Below are positions 39,712 through 54,490 of a DNA stretch of 64,000 bases, in pieces. The notes under the pieces are model-generated. The model saw only the letters and a list, made by a program, of their open reading frames with translations. It searched no databases and was not told the origin of the DNA. The first letter of the stretch is position 1; every line of letters starts with the position of its first letter. This DNA comes from Eledone cirrhosa. Taxonomy: Eukaryota. The position numbers and the translations under genes are program-made. The DNA lies in NCBI GenBank assembly GCA_964016885.1, contig OZ024740.1:198648001-198712000 (forward strand), read 5' to 3'.

Positions 39712-39734
39712 CATATATATATACTTTTATATAT

Positions 39735-39799
<65 letters not shown>

Positions 39800-39851
39800 A
39801 TATTTATATATATATATATATATATACATAATATTTATATATATATATATT

Positions 39852-39882
<31 letters not shown>

Positions 39883-39956
39883 ATATACATACATATTTAT
39901 ATATATACATACATATATATTTATATATATACATACATATATATTTATATATATAC

Positions 39957-40037
<81 letters not shown>

Positions 40038-40043
40038 TATATA

Positions 40044-40081
<38 letters not shown>

Positions 40082-40614
40082 TACATACGTCATTGTCTGA
40101 TTCACGAAACGACCTGAATATCACTGGCTGAAAAAGGCACACTTATTAAATCATGAGATTTCAGAATATTATTCTGTTTCACTTTGAATGTCGTCACAAC
40201 CACTTTCGCATAAGCGTCCAAGACGTGAGAAATAATGTAATAGTTGCTGTTAGTAGCGTTCCATATGAGGCACCTGTCTCTAGTTCAAGTATAAATGGGT
40301 CCCTTCTCAACAAACATTACACCGATCATCGTGCACATTCTATAATCTGCGGTTAAGATGATGTATATCCGATGGATAGATTTCAATTTGGCAATAGAAC
40401 TACAATTCTCTGAATACATGTTAGCATGTAAACATTGAAAACGTAAACAGCTTCATAACTATTGCTGATTTTTCAATTTCTCTTAATGCTTTTACATTTT
40501 AAGAGTAGGAGATGAACCTTTAACGAAAATGGCTGACACATGTGTATCTCCTCCAAATTCTTTCTTTTTCTGTTTCGGCCTCTTCAACACTATATCTTTC
40601 TATTTCTTCTGTTA

Positions 40615-40650
40615 TTTCACATGAAGGACTAATGTCCGAAACGTTTCGAC
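40615..40650 (+). ncRNA. Hammerhead remnant
   Basis: atgaa ggac-taat-gtcc GAAA cgt; 5' core and stem I decayed. Confidence 0.35.
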
Positions 40651-40747
40651 GCTTTTTCTACTATACCAAACTTTACACCAATATATTACGTTATTATACA
40701 ATATGGTTTCCTCTTTTATTTCCTTTTCCTTAGAATTCACACACCAG

Positions 40748-40836
<89 letters not shown>

Positions 40837-40910
40837 CGTATATATATATATATATACACATATATATATATATATGCGTGTGTGTGGGGGGGGGGGTGTA
40901 TATGTGCATG

Positions 40911-40949
<39 letters not shown>

Positions 40950-41973
40950 TCCTTTTCAGTGCGTCAACCTACCTATCCTCTGGAATAACTCGTCACAATT
41001 CTGTCCACCGTGGTAGAGGCAAGACCTATCTTATGTTTTACAAAGAGAGTAAAGGAAAACTAATATTAACGCAATCCAGAATTACTATAATTAGAGACTT
41101 AATCGAGCAGAACAAAATACTTATTTGTGTATATTTTACATGCAGCTTACATAGCAAAATATTCTCTTCATCAGCTGTTGGTTGGAAATCTCTAAGATAC
41201 CAGCACCTCCTCACAGTGTCGGTCCTTCTGCCATAGGTATGTGCTCTGATTCAACAAGTGAATGTCCGGATTTTAGGCTATTTTTCATGACGATTTTTAC
41301 TCCTTACTCGTGCTTCTATAACTGTATCTTGACACTATAATTAACAATCCAATCATTGAGGCATTTACAACCCTTTATGTTTTGAGTTCAAATCCCGCCG
41401 ATGTTAACTTTGATTTCAACCTTGCAGGGTCGATAGATAAAACACCAGTAATACACTGGAGTCGAATTAATTGATTTTCCATCTCCTCCAAATTGCTGGC
41501 CTTCTGCCTATTCTAGAAATGATTATTATGCTTACGACTGCTAAGTGTGAATTCTCTGCTCACCGTGTTGGTGTAATTAAAGAAGAAAATGGTCGAAATA
41601 CTTTTTTAGAGTAGTGTCTTGAACTTGATATACAATGAAATAAATACAGGCACCCTATATTACTGAGTACATCCCTATTATAATTCATAACACATGATAC
41701 AATGAAACATAGAATTAATTGATTTACGAAGCCTGGAGGATTTTTGAAAATGTTATAGTCTTTTGTAAAACAAACACGGCGCATATTTATTTATAAAATA
41801 GGTGAATATTTGAAACTTGGAAAATATGAACAAAGATGGAATTGATGTACTAACAAAGATGGAATTGATGTACTAACAACAATTGATGTAGTAACAACTT
41901 TTTAAATGGAAGTTGTAAATTCTAAGGTATGTCAAATTTATTTATAAAACTATAAAACTGTCAATATGTTGTA

Positions 41974-42035
41974 TTTTGTCTGAAGAGGGCATACCATATT
42001 TTTAATATAATATCCCTGAAATATATATAATGAAA
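41974..42035 (+). ncRNA. Type-I hammerhead in a solo pseudo-LTR ending at (TA)n ~42168
   Basis: ttttgt CTGAAGA ggg...ccct GAAA tatata TA atgaaa, followed by the ACTC/GAGTGCT tail. Confidence 0.65.
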
Positions 42036-42167
42036 TAAATATGGTTTTATAAATGTAGTTTCCATTTGTTTAATATCGTAAAATACTCCAAAATCTGTTG
42101 AGTGCTTTTATATCAGTTATAAAATATTTACTCGTTGTAACCCAACAATTTTAAATAAAACTTTTGC

Positions 42168-42199
<32 letters not shown>

Positions 42200-42202
42200 T
42201 AT

Positions 42203-42483
42203 ATCGGACCGGGTGACGTGTTGTTTCCTTGAGCAAGAAACTCTATTACACGTTGCTCCAGTTTACTCAGCTGTAGAAATGATTTGCGACGTCACTGGTG
42301 CCAAGGTGTATCGGCCATTGCCTTTTCCTTGGACCTCATCGGTGGCGTAGAGAGGGGAGACTGGTATGCATGGGCGACTATTGGTTTCCCACAAACAACC
42401 TTGCCTGGACTTGTGCCTCGGAGGAAAGCTTTCTCGGTACAAATCCCATGGTTAGTCGTGACCGAAGGGGTCTTTACCCTTTA
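42203..42483 (+). mobile_element. SINE family 2 (tRNA-derived, CORE-like); older copies ~49820-50125 (+), ~62160-62440 (-)
   Basis: ccttgagcaag..actcagctg segment; copy at 49820 retains A/B-box head ggcttaatggtt..gagttcgattcc. Confidence 0.7.
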
Positions 42484-42529
42484 TATAATATATATATATA
42501 TATATAAAGGGTAAAGACCCCCTTCGGTC

Positions 42530-42575
<46 letters not shown>

Positions 42576-42577
<2 letters not shown>

Positions 42578-42945
42578 CTCAGATGGTGGATGGGTGCTAC
42601 AGGAGAATGCTGAGGATGACTCTGAACATTAATCAGTATACACTGAGGATGAAAAACTCAAAGCTGTATGGGTGCCTGCCAAAAGTCAGCTCAAAAGTGA
42701 TACAGAGGAGACTGAGGTTAGCTGGACATGCTCACCGACATCCAGAGTTGACATTGCACTCAGTGCTCCTCTGGGAGCCCCTACATGGACACACTGGAAG
42801 AGGAAGACCAAGGTTAACGTATGTTGATGCCCTAAGGACAGGCACTGGTCTGTTGGAGACGCAGGACAGGGCAGCGATAATGAGGGACAGAGACCGCTGT
42901 AGAGAACTCGTCCATGGATCTTGGGAATGTCACCCACCATAGAAT
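42576..42945 (+). mobile_element. RTE-group LINE 3' fragment
   Basis: DGCYRRMLRMTLNI..IQRRLRLAGHAHRH..LLWEPLHG..GRGRPRLTYVD. Confidence 0.88.
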
Positions 42946-42946
42946 A

Positions 42947-42981
<35 letters not shown>

Positions 42982-45194
42982 CGACTGCACATGTACACAC
43001 ATATAAACACGTACACATACAGATACATATATATATATATGTGTGTACACATACATATATACACATATACATCCACGTCAACATGCTCGTAAACATGCAT
43101 CCATACCCATTTGCTCATTCAATAAAGTATTATGTAAAACAAATTAGAAACGTATATCAAATAAATAGTTTGTTATTAGTTTATTATATATGTGTAATGT
43201 AGTGTTGATATGAATAGGTGTATGTGTGAGAAAGATAGTGTCTATATGTATGTATATGATAGTGCGTGCGTATGTTTGTCTGTGTCTATATATGTTTCTA
43301 TAAGTGTATATGTGTGTACGTGAAACTATGAAGCGAGGGTATATATCGAGCCGGAACAAAGTGACCTGAGCGGGATTTGATCTCAGATATCCCTGTGTCG
43401 GAAGAAACACTCAACGAGCTAATGACTAACAATTCCAACCTCCTGAAGTCAAATTATAAGATGTTTGGGGGACATGTTTGAATCGATGTATTTCTAATCA
43501 AATAAAAACATGCATTCTGCTTTCCTTGGGGAAGCATGACTACGTTTTAATTCTAGTTATTCTAAATTTAGTGACATACAATTATCTGTGTTACTTTGAA
43601 AGTAGAGTAACTGTGTTTTAGTTCAGTCTATATATTTACAAATTAGTTACGTTATAAACACTGATTGAGGATCGCCACATCTGTGCTGGGTAGGTTTACT
43701 TCGTTTGACCGGAGGATCGGCTAAAATAAGAGGATTTAAGCAGAACTTGATACTAGACATCTTTAAAATTGTTATCCCTGACATGAACAATGAAACTCGA
43801 CGGTATTTTTCATGTCATTCTTTCTATAATATAGTTGTGTATTAACACAGCCACTGTGATTAGTTTCAACAACATCTTTTCTCTCAGCGCGTTTCTGGAT
43901 AGAGTCCGCCACCAATATTTTGAGTTGATCTGTCAAAGTTAACTGAAACGACAGCTCATTGAAAATTGGTATGAGCAGGTCACTGTGTGTGCCATACTGA
44001 AGAAGTAGTTTAAAATCTAGTATTATGATAGATACTATACGTGGATAAAACCAAGTAACTTTATTGACATACTTCAACATGACACCGATCTGAAACTATC
44101 ATATGATGGAGCGTAATATTTAATAAGATCATGTTTCTCTGGTTCAATTAGAATATTAACTGGGGTGAGGTGGGATGAGATGGGATAAAGTATCTCAATT
44201 CAATATCGACGTTCCTACAATGTTTAGTCTTGAACTAATAAAAACAAAATGACTTTATTACTTGAAACTAAATATAACCTTTATCACATTCTATATTATC
44301 TTTCTCTTGTATCGGCAATCTCACATCTATAATTAAACTCTCAGAACAACCATCTTTACTTCCTTTTAAATGAAATCTTTTCTTATTATGATTACTGCCC
44401 TATCGTGACAAATCAGCTGAATACGAATGTTGGTGACTTCACAAAGAACAAACAGAAAATTAATGGGTTCAATACATAAGAATAAGATTGTCTAATAACC
44501 GGGTATTTTCAACATAATTGACTTTAAATATATATTGAAAATTGCATACTGTATCCTGAATAGATCAAAGTAAAACGGGTGAATGAGTGTAAGAGTCAAT
44601 GTCAAGTAACTTTGAAAACTACCAAATAAATTAAATGTTTTGTTTATAGATTGCAGTAAATATGATCTTCGATGAAGGTTTTGATTAATATTATTCAAGT
44701 AAGTTCAAGTAATATGATGTTAATAAGTACACTGTAATATAAAACAGCATTATTTTACAATTATAGTTATATTATTATTAATATTAGGACGGTTCCTGTG
44801 TAAGCCTTACGGATTATAATTTTTAAAAGAAATTTTAAATGTGTGCTACTATTAATATAAAGATATGGATTTTTCCAAAGGAATATTTTATTAATAGCAT
44901 ATCTATGGAAATGAAAGGATTTTCAGGGCATTCCTGAATGATTAATAACTCTTAAATGAGTTCAAAGCGTCGTTTAGAGAAATAATTGTTTCTATTTGTT
45001 GGCACAAGGCCAGCAATTAGCCAGTCCATTACTGGTACTTTATTTTATTGACCCCGTAAGGATGAAAGGCAAAGTTAACCTCGGCAGTAATAAATAATAT
45101 CAGTGATGCTTCATTGAATTGCATTATTTGGTACTTATGCAAACACACACATACAAACAGAGACACCCATAAATATATATATATATGTATACAT

Positions 45195-45229
<35 letters not shown>

Positions 45230-45294
45230 AATATATATATTTATATATATATATATGTGTGTGTGTGTATATATATATAATATACACACACACC

Positions 45295-45363
<69 letters not shown>

Positions 45364-45388
45364 ATGAATGTATGGGGGTAAATATATA

Positions 45389-45466
<78 letters not shown>

Positions 45467-47254
45467 GAGAGAGAGAAGAGAGCGCAAGAGCCATGGAGTT
45501 GTAGGTGTATATATGTGTGTGCGTGCGGGTGTGTGTATGAATGTATGGGGGTAAATCTACGTGTTTGTGTGTGTAATAAATTATAAACGTTACTTCATTG
45601 ATAGTTATGGTGCTCTTGAAAAGATTGTTTACACACTAAATAAACCAAAGTTATTATTTATGCTTTGAAGTAAGATCGTTAAGATATTGCGTTGTAGAAT
45701 AAGAATAAAGAAACAAAGCATAAATAATGTAATATATACATACATATATATATATAAATATATATATATGAAGATTCTGGGATGTTTTATCTACAAGTTT
45801 TACGCGTAAACCTCAAATATCATACTCATATCCTTTGCTATGTCTATGTTTATCTGCGCACATAATGGTATTTCTTAGTTGAAAATAAAAGTGCTCAATG
45901 ATATCTCTTAATAAATAAACGGCTAAAACGTTCAGAATGTGAGAATGTAATATATGTGGAAAATAATGTAATGAGTTAGATGCGAGTTGGTACAAAAGTA
46001 TTGTATATATCATTCGTGTTAAATGACTGAACGTACAAGATCCACTCCTCGAAAATACGCTTGTCGTTTGCAGGTTTAATTCCCAAATACCAGTGATACT
46101 CTCTTCCAGATACAGTGATTGGAGCAGCGTGAAATTAATTTTGTTCAGGATAACAAACCACCCGGTTCAGAATCGAATCCATGACATTACAAGCCCAACA
46201 TTGTAATTAGAACCTTCTGTATACAAATAAACTAGTACCGCCACCTTCACCGTAGTGTTCAAGATGCTAGAAGAACAAAATATATCACCGTCACGTCTTC
46301 AGAATTTCTGACCTTGCAGAAATTATATATGAATATGTTTTGTCCGGTATTTACATTTATCTCATTTCCTATGTTCTCCACATGAAGGCTCCAGAGTAGT
46401 TTGTAGTGGAAACTATAGTTTAATTTCTTCGTTTCTTGATGTGTTTGCTCCCTTCTTGTCTTCTCATAGAGAACAAGTGGGTTGACAGGTCCTTCATTTA
46501 CTTCATTCATCCGAAATGATAAAAATCAAAGTGTTCCTCGGTGGGATTTAAATTCCGAGCACAGACCCGGAATAATTAATGCAAATCAGTCTATCCGGCG
46601 CCCTACCGACGCAACCGTTCAAGTGAATGCGCAAATGAATTGTCAGGATCCAGGGAGATTTTAGCTCTTAGTTTATATAGCATCAGGACGTATTTCCAAA
46701 TATCTATTTATCCTGCAACCTCAGTTTATCGATACGACAGCACTGGATAATTCTTAATCAATCCACATCATCTGCTTTCAATTGCACACTGCTGCACAGC
46801 AAAACCGAGGCCAGTCATCCGCTCACTGTTACATTCCCATCGTTTCCTATACTTTCACATGCATCTGACTGTGCTTTGCAGGATGGCTTTGCAATTACGA
46901 AACTTCAGAAGATATGAACATACTATCTCAGTTTCCTCCTCTTGAGAATTTTGACTAAACTTTGTGTAGTCGAATAGCAAGTGTTGCCCAACTTTTCAAT
47001 GTTATGAACAAAAGTTCTAGTGTAGAGGTAAATGCTGTAGCAATTTATCGAAATTATCGTTGAACATAATGTATCATGAGTCGATATGCCTGAAGTAGCC
47101 CAATCAAAAATCAATGCAGAGATTGTGTTCGAAGTATTAGAGTGGCAACTATCAATTCGACTTTGAAAGGCCTGTGAACTGAATGCAGAAAAAGGTGTAA
47201 AATTCTGACGAAAAATAATAACAACAAATACTGAAGAATACACACACACACACT

Positions 47255-47317
<63 letters not shown>

Positions 47318-48489
47318 AGGGAGGGGGTATTTGGATACTGCTTCTAATAAAGTATGCGTACAATTATCTCTCCAGATATGGTACGGTAGATAAATATATG
47401 TTCAGCACACTGCTTATGGTTATATGTATTCTAAAGCCAATACGATACAAATGTGCCCCACAATGTTTTGTTAAATACAATAAAGAATCTTACTGTACTG
47501 CAGAGTTCAAGAAGATAAACATCACCAAATATCGAATTAAGCTGGACATTTTTGTTTCACGGAACAAATTAGGTTTGAGTACGTCAAATACAATATAACA
47601 CAAATTGGTAACAGTTATATTGCTCTGACTATAAAAAAGCCCATTTATTTGTATAGGCGTTAGTTTAAGGCTTATTACTGGTTAATAATTGCAAAATCTT
47701 CAGTTGAAACAAAATATGAAATACAAAGAGAAAATATTTGAAATAAAAACCAAAACTAAAATGAGGGAAATGAAAGATGAATGAAAGTAAGGTTAATTTT
47801 ATGAATCTTTGTTTTCTTTATAAAGGGCAGCAGAAAAAGACATAGATGCGGTAGGCAGTTATTGGCAAACAGATGGTGGATCTTTAGTAGTCAATTCAGC
47901 AAACATGACTAAGGCGTTTGTTATATGAAAGAATAACCGATTAGAATAGACAATCTATTTGGATATTTTGCATCCACCAGTATGAATCGGTGGAGATTGA
48001 TGTTCTCTTTCGTGTTTCAAATGGCAGAAGAATCACTAATAGAAATATGATAAAATAAAATATACAAAAATAAATATATAAAAGATGAATGGAAAGGAAA
48101 AACTTATTTGTAAAAGAACTAGAAAAATATAGAAGGAAAATCAATGAATACCATATTGTAAATATTGATAAAATCAAATCTATTGGATGAAATTTACGCC
48201 AACCTGCCATCGTTTGGTAATGGATAACACACTAGCATATATCGCTACCTTCTAAGTTTCCAGTTTGGCACAGAAATAATAATAAATAAAAGGAAGTTAT
48301 ATAATTTCGTTTTTTGTATGCAGTATGCACTAATAACATATAATCGAATTTAACATAAAAGGAAGTTGGCCTTTATAATGACCTGGAATGATAGTGCTTT
48401 TAGCAGTTTTCATCACCACCATAACCTAACCGTCAATAATGTTCGTTAGGAGTAGACACTACTATATCTTTTGTTATTGACTATGTTAT

Positions 48490-49300
48490 TATTAATAATA
48501 ATAATAATGATAATAATAATAATGATATTAATTTCTTTATTGGCCACAAGGGTCTACATATAGGGGCAACACAAAACACAGGGACACTGGCAGTTATACA
48601 AAAAAGAAAAACACTGTAAGTAATATGACAAAAAGAAGAAGATTATAACAATATAAATTGTGCAATAGGGGGAAGAATCACCCAGGGGGTGACTCAAAAA
48701 CCCCACAAATCCTGAACCACCAGACATCCGAAAGAACAAGGAGAGGACACCCATCCCCTCTTCAAATTAACCAGCCTATTAACGGGCCATTCTCGGAACA
48801 TTCAGCTACTTTTTAGCAAATACACTTGGGTCAGAAGACTCCCCTCTCCTCTCTCACATTCCTTTCCAAGTGAAACTTGAAAAAGTTGATGACTAATGGC
48901 TGAAGAGGAAAGTTCCTTTCTTCAGTCGTTTCAACCTCATTCATAAGACAACCCTTTTCGCTGCAGCCACCAGACAATACAAACTTATTGTTTCGCTTTG
49001 AAGAAATGGTCTAATGCTATTCTCGGCGCTAGCACTCTGGCTGCACTGCTACGACAAATAGACTTATCTAATTTAGCTACCAGCTGCATCTCTTTTCTAC
49101 TTTGCTCTAACTCTATTTCTTTACTAAAACCTATCGAGATTGCTCCAATCTCTCTTTTGAGAGCCCCCACCGGTTCTTGACGCCCCTACATGTCAATCTT
49201 TGCTTAACTAAACCGGTGAACAGACCCCTGTAAGCCTTTTCTGGTCGGGAATGACATGTTCAGCTTTCAGTAATCAGGTCCTCTCTAGTTCGCAGGTTAA
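48490..49300 (-). mobile_element. Deleted L1/Tx1-like LINE remnant with (TAA)n tail
   Basis: Coding-like higher-GC remnant (GALKREIGAISIGFSKE..) ending at an ATT/TAA repeat; clade tentative. Confidence 0.45.
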
Positions 49301-50140
49301 AACCCCAAATATAACAAGTACTCATGTACAGCAGAGTATACTAGAGCAACGTGCTCGTAAGTCCAACATACCAGTAGGCCACGCGCCGCCATGCCACATG
49401 TTATTTTGCTACTAAACATTTCCCCCTTCCATCATTGTATAACATTTGTTGAGATATTTTACTTTCCCTCATTCATTAGATACTTTTATCTATTCATTAG
49501 GTTAAATATATGTTGTTTGTATCGGATTGTTATATGATCATGTTTAGTTAGCCGTTCTGTTAAAACGTCTTATCGATCATCAATACTTTTAGAAAGCATA
49601 TTCAGTTATTTTCACCTAACAGCAAGAGAAAATAAGATAAAAATTTATATTTTTGACACAGAGAAAACATATATATATAAATACAGCCCCAGATTTTAAT
49701 AGATTGTATATTGGCAATATCAGTGCTGACAAAATATACATAAGAAATTCTCTCTCGGGGTTTAATGCATATGTCATTTCGAAGATAAGTGTATTTAATG
49801 CAGTAGTAGTGTGAAGATGAAGGGCTTAATGGTTGGAGTGTTGGGCTTGCAATCGTGAGGCTGTGAGTTCGATTCCCTGACAAGCCAATGCATAGTCTCC
49901 TTGAGTAACACACTTTATTTCACGTTTTTCCAGTCTCTTCACACGAAAAAATAAATAGTGATGACACTGGTTCTAAGTTACATCAGACTTTGCCTTTTCC
50001 TTGAGTAACATTGTTGGCATGGAGAGCGGAGACTGGCATTAATACGTTACTCCTAATCTTTTACAAACACACTTTGTCCAATCTTACATTTTTGAGAGAA
50101 CTTACCTGGTAAAATCCCATATGGCAGAAGAGAGCGTTAA

Positions 50141-50169
50141 ATAGTAGTAGTAGAAGTAGTAGTAGTAGA

Positions 50170-50200
<31 letters not shown>

Positions 50201-50640
50201 GTAGTAGTAGTAGTAGTAATGCATACTTACATTTCATTACCGAGCACAGCTCTGTGTACCTTGGGGGGTGTGCTCTGGTATATTTTTGGTGTCATTGTAT
50301 CCTTTATATTGAAAGTACGCTTCGTAATATGTGCGTAGTACTTAATAGTGTTGATTAAGTTAAGTCGGGTATAATTGTACATTCTGGGGTTTGGGTTCTG
50401 TATTTTTTGTATGTACTTTAATCATTCCCATTGCACCTATTACTTGTTTTTAGTTTGCTTTCTATTTTTACCCACGTTATTTGGGATATCTCTTTTCCCA
50501 GATCTTTGTATCTGGGAATGTTTTCATTAGTTTGAGCAATAGGTTATTATCCGGTGAGGGAGATAATTCGATTAGGAGCCATTTCCTTTCCTAATGGTCC
50601 CTGGCCACAATGTTATCATTTTAACCCACTCTTCAAAATT
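50141..50640 (-). mobile_element. R4/Dong-like LINE 3' end (restriction-like endonuclease) with trinucleotide tail
   Basis: Minus: LLIELS..PDNN..RYKDLGKEISQ..VIGAMG..STTHILRSVL* then (TAC)n. Confidence 0.7.
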
Positions 50641-50937
50641 GTAGACACCCTGAGTCAATTATTAATAAGAATAATAACAACGGCAACCACAGCGTTTCTA
50701 ATTTTGGCACAAGGATAATAATAATTGTTTCTACTTTAGGCACAAGGCCAGCAATTACCCAGTGCATTACTGGTACTTTATTTTATCGACCCCGTAAGGA
50801 TGAAAGGCAAATGATATCCCGTTCCAAAGTTCATATCCTTCGAAATTTTCGAAATGAACATAATTACTAACTTGAATTTTGAGAAAAAAGAAGTTTCATT
50901 GGTCAGCTTATGTATGGGTTAGAAAAACACCAACAAA

Positions 50938-51016
<79 letters not shown>

Positions 51017-51278
51017 CCACCAACATTACCACCACCAACACCACCACCGCAACGAGAACAGCTACAACATAAAATATCACCACAACCCCAACCCGTAACA
51101 CTACTACGCCAACACCACCGCACAAATATTTGATACAAGTTTCAAATGCACAACAACATCAAACCGCATCACCACCGCCGAAGTCTTGACAGACAGCAAC
51201 AACAACACCAACAACAACTCCACCCAAAACAAAATCATTATCATCCCCATACCACCAATAGCCACAACTCCAACAGAA

Positions 51279-51334
<56 letters not shown>

Positions 51335-51574
51335 TTACTACTACTTCTATTACTACTACTACTACTACTAAAAATAAAAATAATAATTATTGTTGTTGTT
51401 ATTAACAAAGTTTCTGCTTAATAGCAGGTCAGAGTGGAAAACCAAGTTCTACTGAAACAATGTCTTTCTGCGAGAATAAGAAATGAAAATAGGTATATCC
51501 TCATTCCCACAGCTGCTATTTGTAATAGCATTGATCCCTATAACACTCACACCCACACAAATATAAACGAGCAA

Positions 51575-51935
51575 TTAATGTGGAAAGTAAGGGCCATTCA
51601 TAAACAACCTTCTATCTATGGATAACCTGAAACAGTTTGGGAAGTCTGATAACCAAATAGATTCACTGGTTAAAACAGTCCAGATATGTAGCAGTGTCTT
51701 CGGTATGGAATTTCGGATTTCTAAATGCTCTGTACTAAACATAGAAAAAGGAAGGAAGCAGCCTGTAGTGGATTACGACTGCCAACGGGAGAAACCATAG
51801 GAAAATCAAAAGATAGTAGCCATAAATCTTTGGGTATCTTAGAGTTAGATGATATTTTGCATGCAGAAATGAAAGAAAAGTCTAGAGGAATATATTTAAA
51901 AAGAATAAAAATGATTTTAAAATCCAACTTGAATG
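51575..51935 (+). mobile_element. R4/Dong-like RT fragment
   Basis: LLYMDNLKQFGKSDNQIDSLVKTV..GMEFRISKC; KSLGILELDDILHAEMKEK..YLKRIKMILKSNLN. Confidence 0.82.
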
Positions 51936-53040
51936 TGAACTATTCGGGGGGAGAGGAAAGTCAATTAAATCGCCCCCAGTGCAGTTCATCCGTAAGGATG
52001 AAAGGCAAAGCTAACCCCAGTGGTATTTGAATTCAGGACGTAAAGGGCCGTAACTCTATGCAGTGAAGCTTGATGTCCGACGCTCTACCGATTCGCCGCT
52101 CTCAATAATAAAAATAATAGTTACTGATTCAGGTACAAGACCAACAATTTTATTTTGATGTGAGGATCGATTATATAAATCCCATTATGTGAGTGGTACT
52201 TTATTCTAGCGACTCTCGGAATCGATCTCGTCAATATGTGAGCGCAGAGAGGTAGAAGAAATAAATAATAAACCATGTAATCCGACATTTCAACAACTCC
52301 ACCAGTTCGTCATCAATGAACATCGGAACTACAACAAAAACTCTGGGAAGTAAAACGTAATGTAATATGAGAGACATGTAAACGGAGAAAGATATAATTG
52401 GATATTTTGAATATGACAATAGCCTCGAACAGTAAAGTAACCTAATGAGGAAACGTCGATAGTAGATCTCCCTATGGACCTACAAAAGAACTAACACAGC
52501 ATAGATTAGGTTTCATGATGATAACATTTGAAAATACGTTAACAAAGACACACGAAAAAGAGAAGTGGACATCAATATCATAGGAATAAACCTAGAACAG
52601 TTAATCAATGCACGCCCTCAAAAGTTTTCGTATAAAAACTACTAAACCCAACACAATTAACGCGGAAAACCAACATACGCAGAAGATGAATGAAAAACAA
52701 AAATATCCCATTTGTTAAAATGTGAGTGACAACGATAAAAGAAAAACGAATTTAATATGTATAAATACCAAGGCAATATGAATAACTAAAAAAAACAACT
52801 GATACGAAAAGAGCATCAAATAAAAAATAACTTTCATTATATCACCAGTAATCTGTTCTTATGAATAGAGACAAGCTTGTTTTCAACCATATAAACATGT
52901 CCACTCCATCACAAACGGAACTAAAAAGTTGAGGTAACACAATAGAGACAAACATGTTATGTTGTCTTTATGATAAGACTATGGGACATAGATTGTGGAT
53001 CAACACACAAGGTACTATAGCCTAAAACCTATCATATACG

Positions 53041-53092
<52 letters not shown>

Positions 53093-53195
53093 TAAATATA
53101 TATATATTCATATATATATATATGTATATATATATACATATATATATATATTTATGTGTTTGTGTTCATGTGTGTAAGTATACGTCCATACAAGG

Positions 53196-53238
<43 letters not shown>

Positions 53239-53454
53239 AGTTAAAACAATGAAATAAAAATTCAAGTCATTCGAAATATACTTCACTGCTTTACGATCGT
53301 TTCTAGGTAGGTGATGATAATACATCGTAACCATACTTCGTTATCGATCTATGTAAGGTTAGTTACAACATATCAGATAAGGAAAATATATACTTACATG
53401 TATATCAGCAGGTGTTGTCAAAAGCTGGTGATATACATGTAAGTAAATATAGTG

Positions 53455-53542
<88 letters not shown>

Positions 53543-53612
53543 CATATATACATATACATATGTACGTATGGGATATATCGAAAGTTAATGACAATATTCG
53601 ATATATATGTTT

Positions 53613-53670
<58 letters not shown>

Positions 53671-53746
53671 AAACAAACGGCCCGAGTAATGTTGTGAGGT
53701 GCCGATGACAAATTGTCATTCGTTTGTTCAACACTGGCATTGAGGA

Positions 53747-53789
53747 ACAGTCAACATGTTTCTGGGTCATTACCCTTCATCAGGACTGT
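53747..53789 (-). ncRNA. Minimal type-I hammerhead of octamer/TATA unit C, GUU site
   Basis: acagtc CTGATGA agggt-aatg-accca GAAA catg TT gactgt; palindromic ACATGT loop III; outer stem tggca/tgcca. Confidence 0.88.
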
Positions 53790-54425
53790 ATACCTCTGCC
53801 AATCTGTTTAACGGCTGAAAATATATACCATTTTCTTAAGTACACATCGGCTGAAGAGCCTCATTTGCATATAACCCTTATGTACAGAGGTATATATATA
53901 TATATATGTGGATGTGTATATATACATATATGTATATATAAGACAGTACGTATGAATACTTACATTTCTATATCTGCTGTGCTAGGGCGAGAAATAAAAT
54001 TCTGATTTTATATATAAAAATATATATTATATAAAGCTGACGGCTGTATGTATGTAACAAACCTTTCGCCAAATGGTTGGACCAAACAGCACCAAATTTG
54101 CACCATAGATGTAACTTTTTCCAAGTAAGATTGTGGGGGTATTTTTGTGTACTAAATGTGGTTAAAAGATTAAAGATATTTTATTGTTTATTTAAATATT
54201 CACTTCTTTAAAATTTGCAAATGTCAACATTTCCGGTCATACGACATTCCTCTCTCTTTGTTAGTCTGTGTGTGTTTTTAGGTAGATACATAGCTATAAC
54301 GTCGCGCCCTTATAATATCTGTCTGTATGTATGGATGTCTGCATTACGAAAACCCTTCTGTACATTGACTTCGTTATCTGCGTGTGTGTGTATATATGTA
54401 TATATATAGTGTGTGTATATATAGA

Positions 54426-54490
<65 letters not shown>

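Noticed and set aside
43772-48210. Short minus-strand ORFs (43772-44080, 46259-46510, 46923-47230, 47941-48210) as host exons
   Set aside because: No recognisable domain and no consistent splice or phase chain; cannot be supported without homology or RNA data
54020-54200. Helitron-like non-autonomous 5' end
   Set aside because: Resemblance is vague and no 3' hairpin/CTAG end could be linked to it
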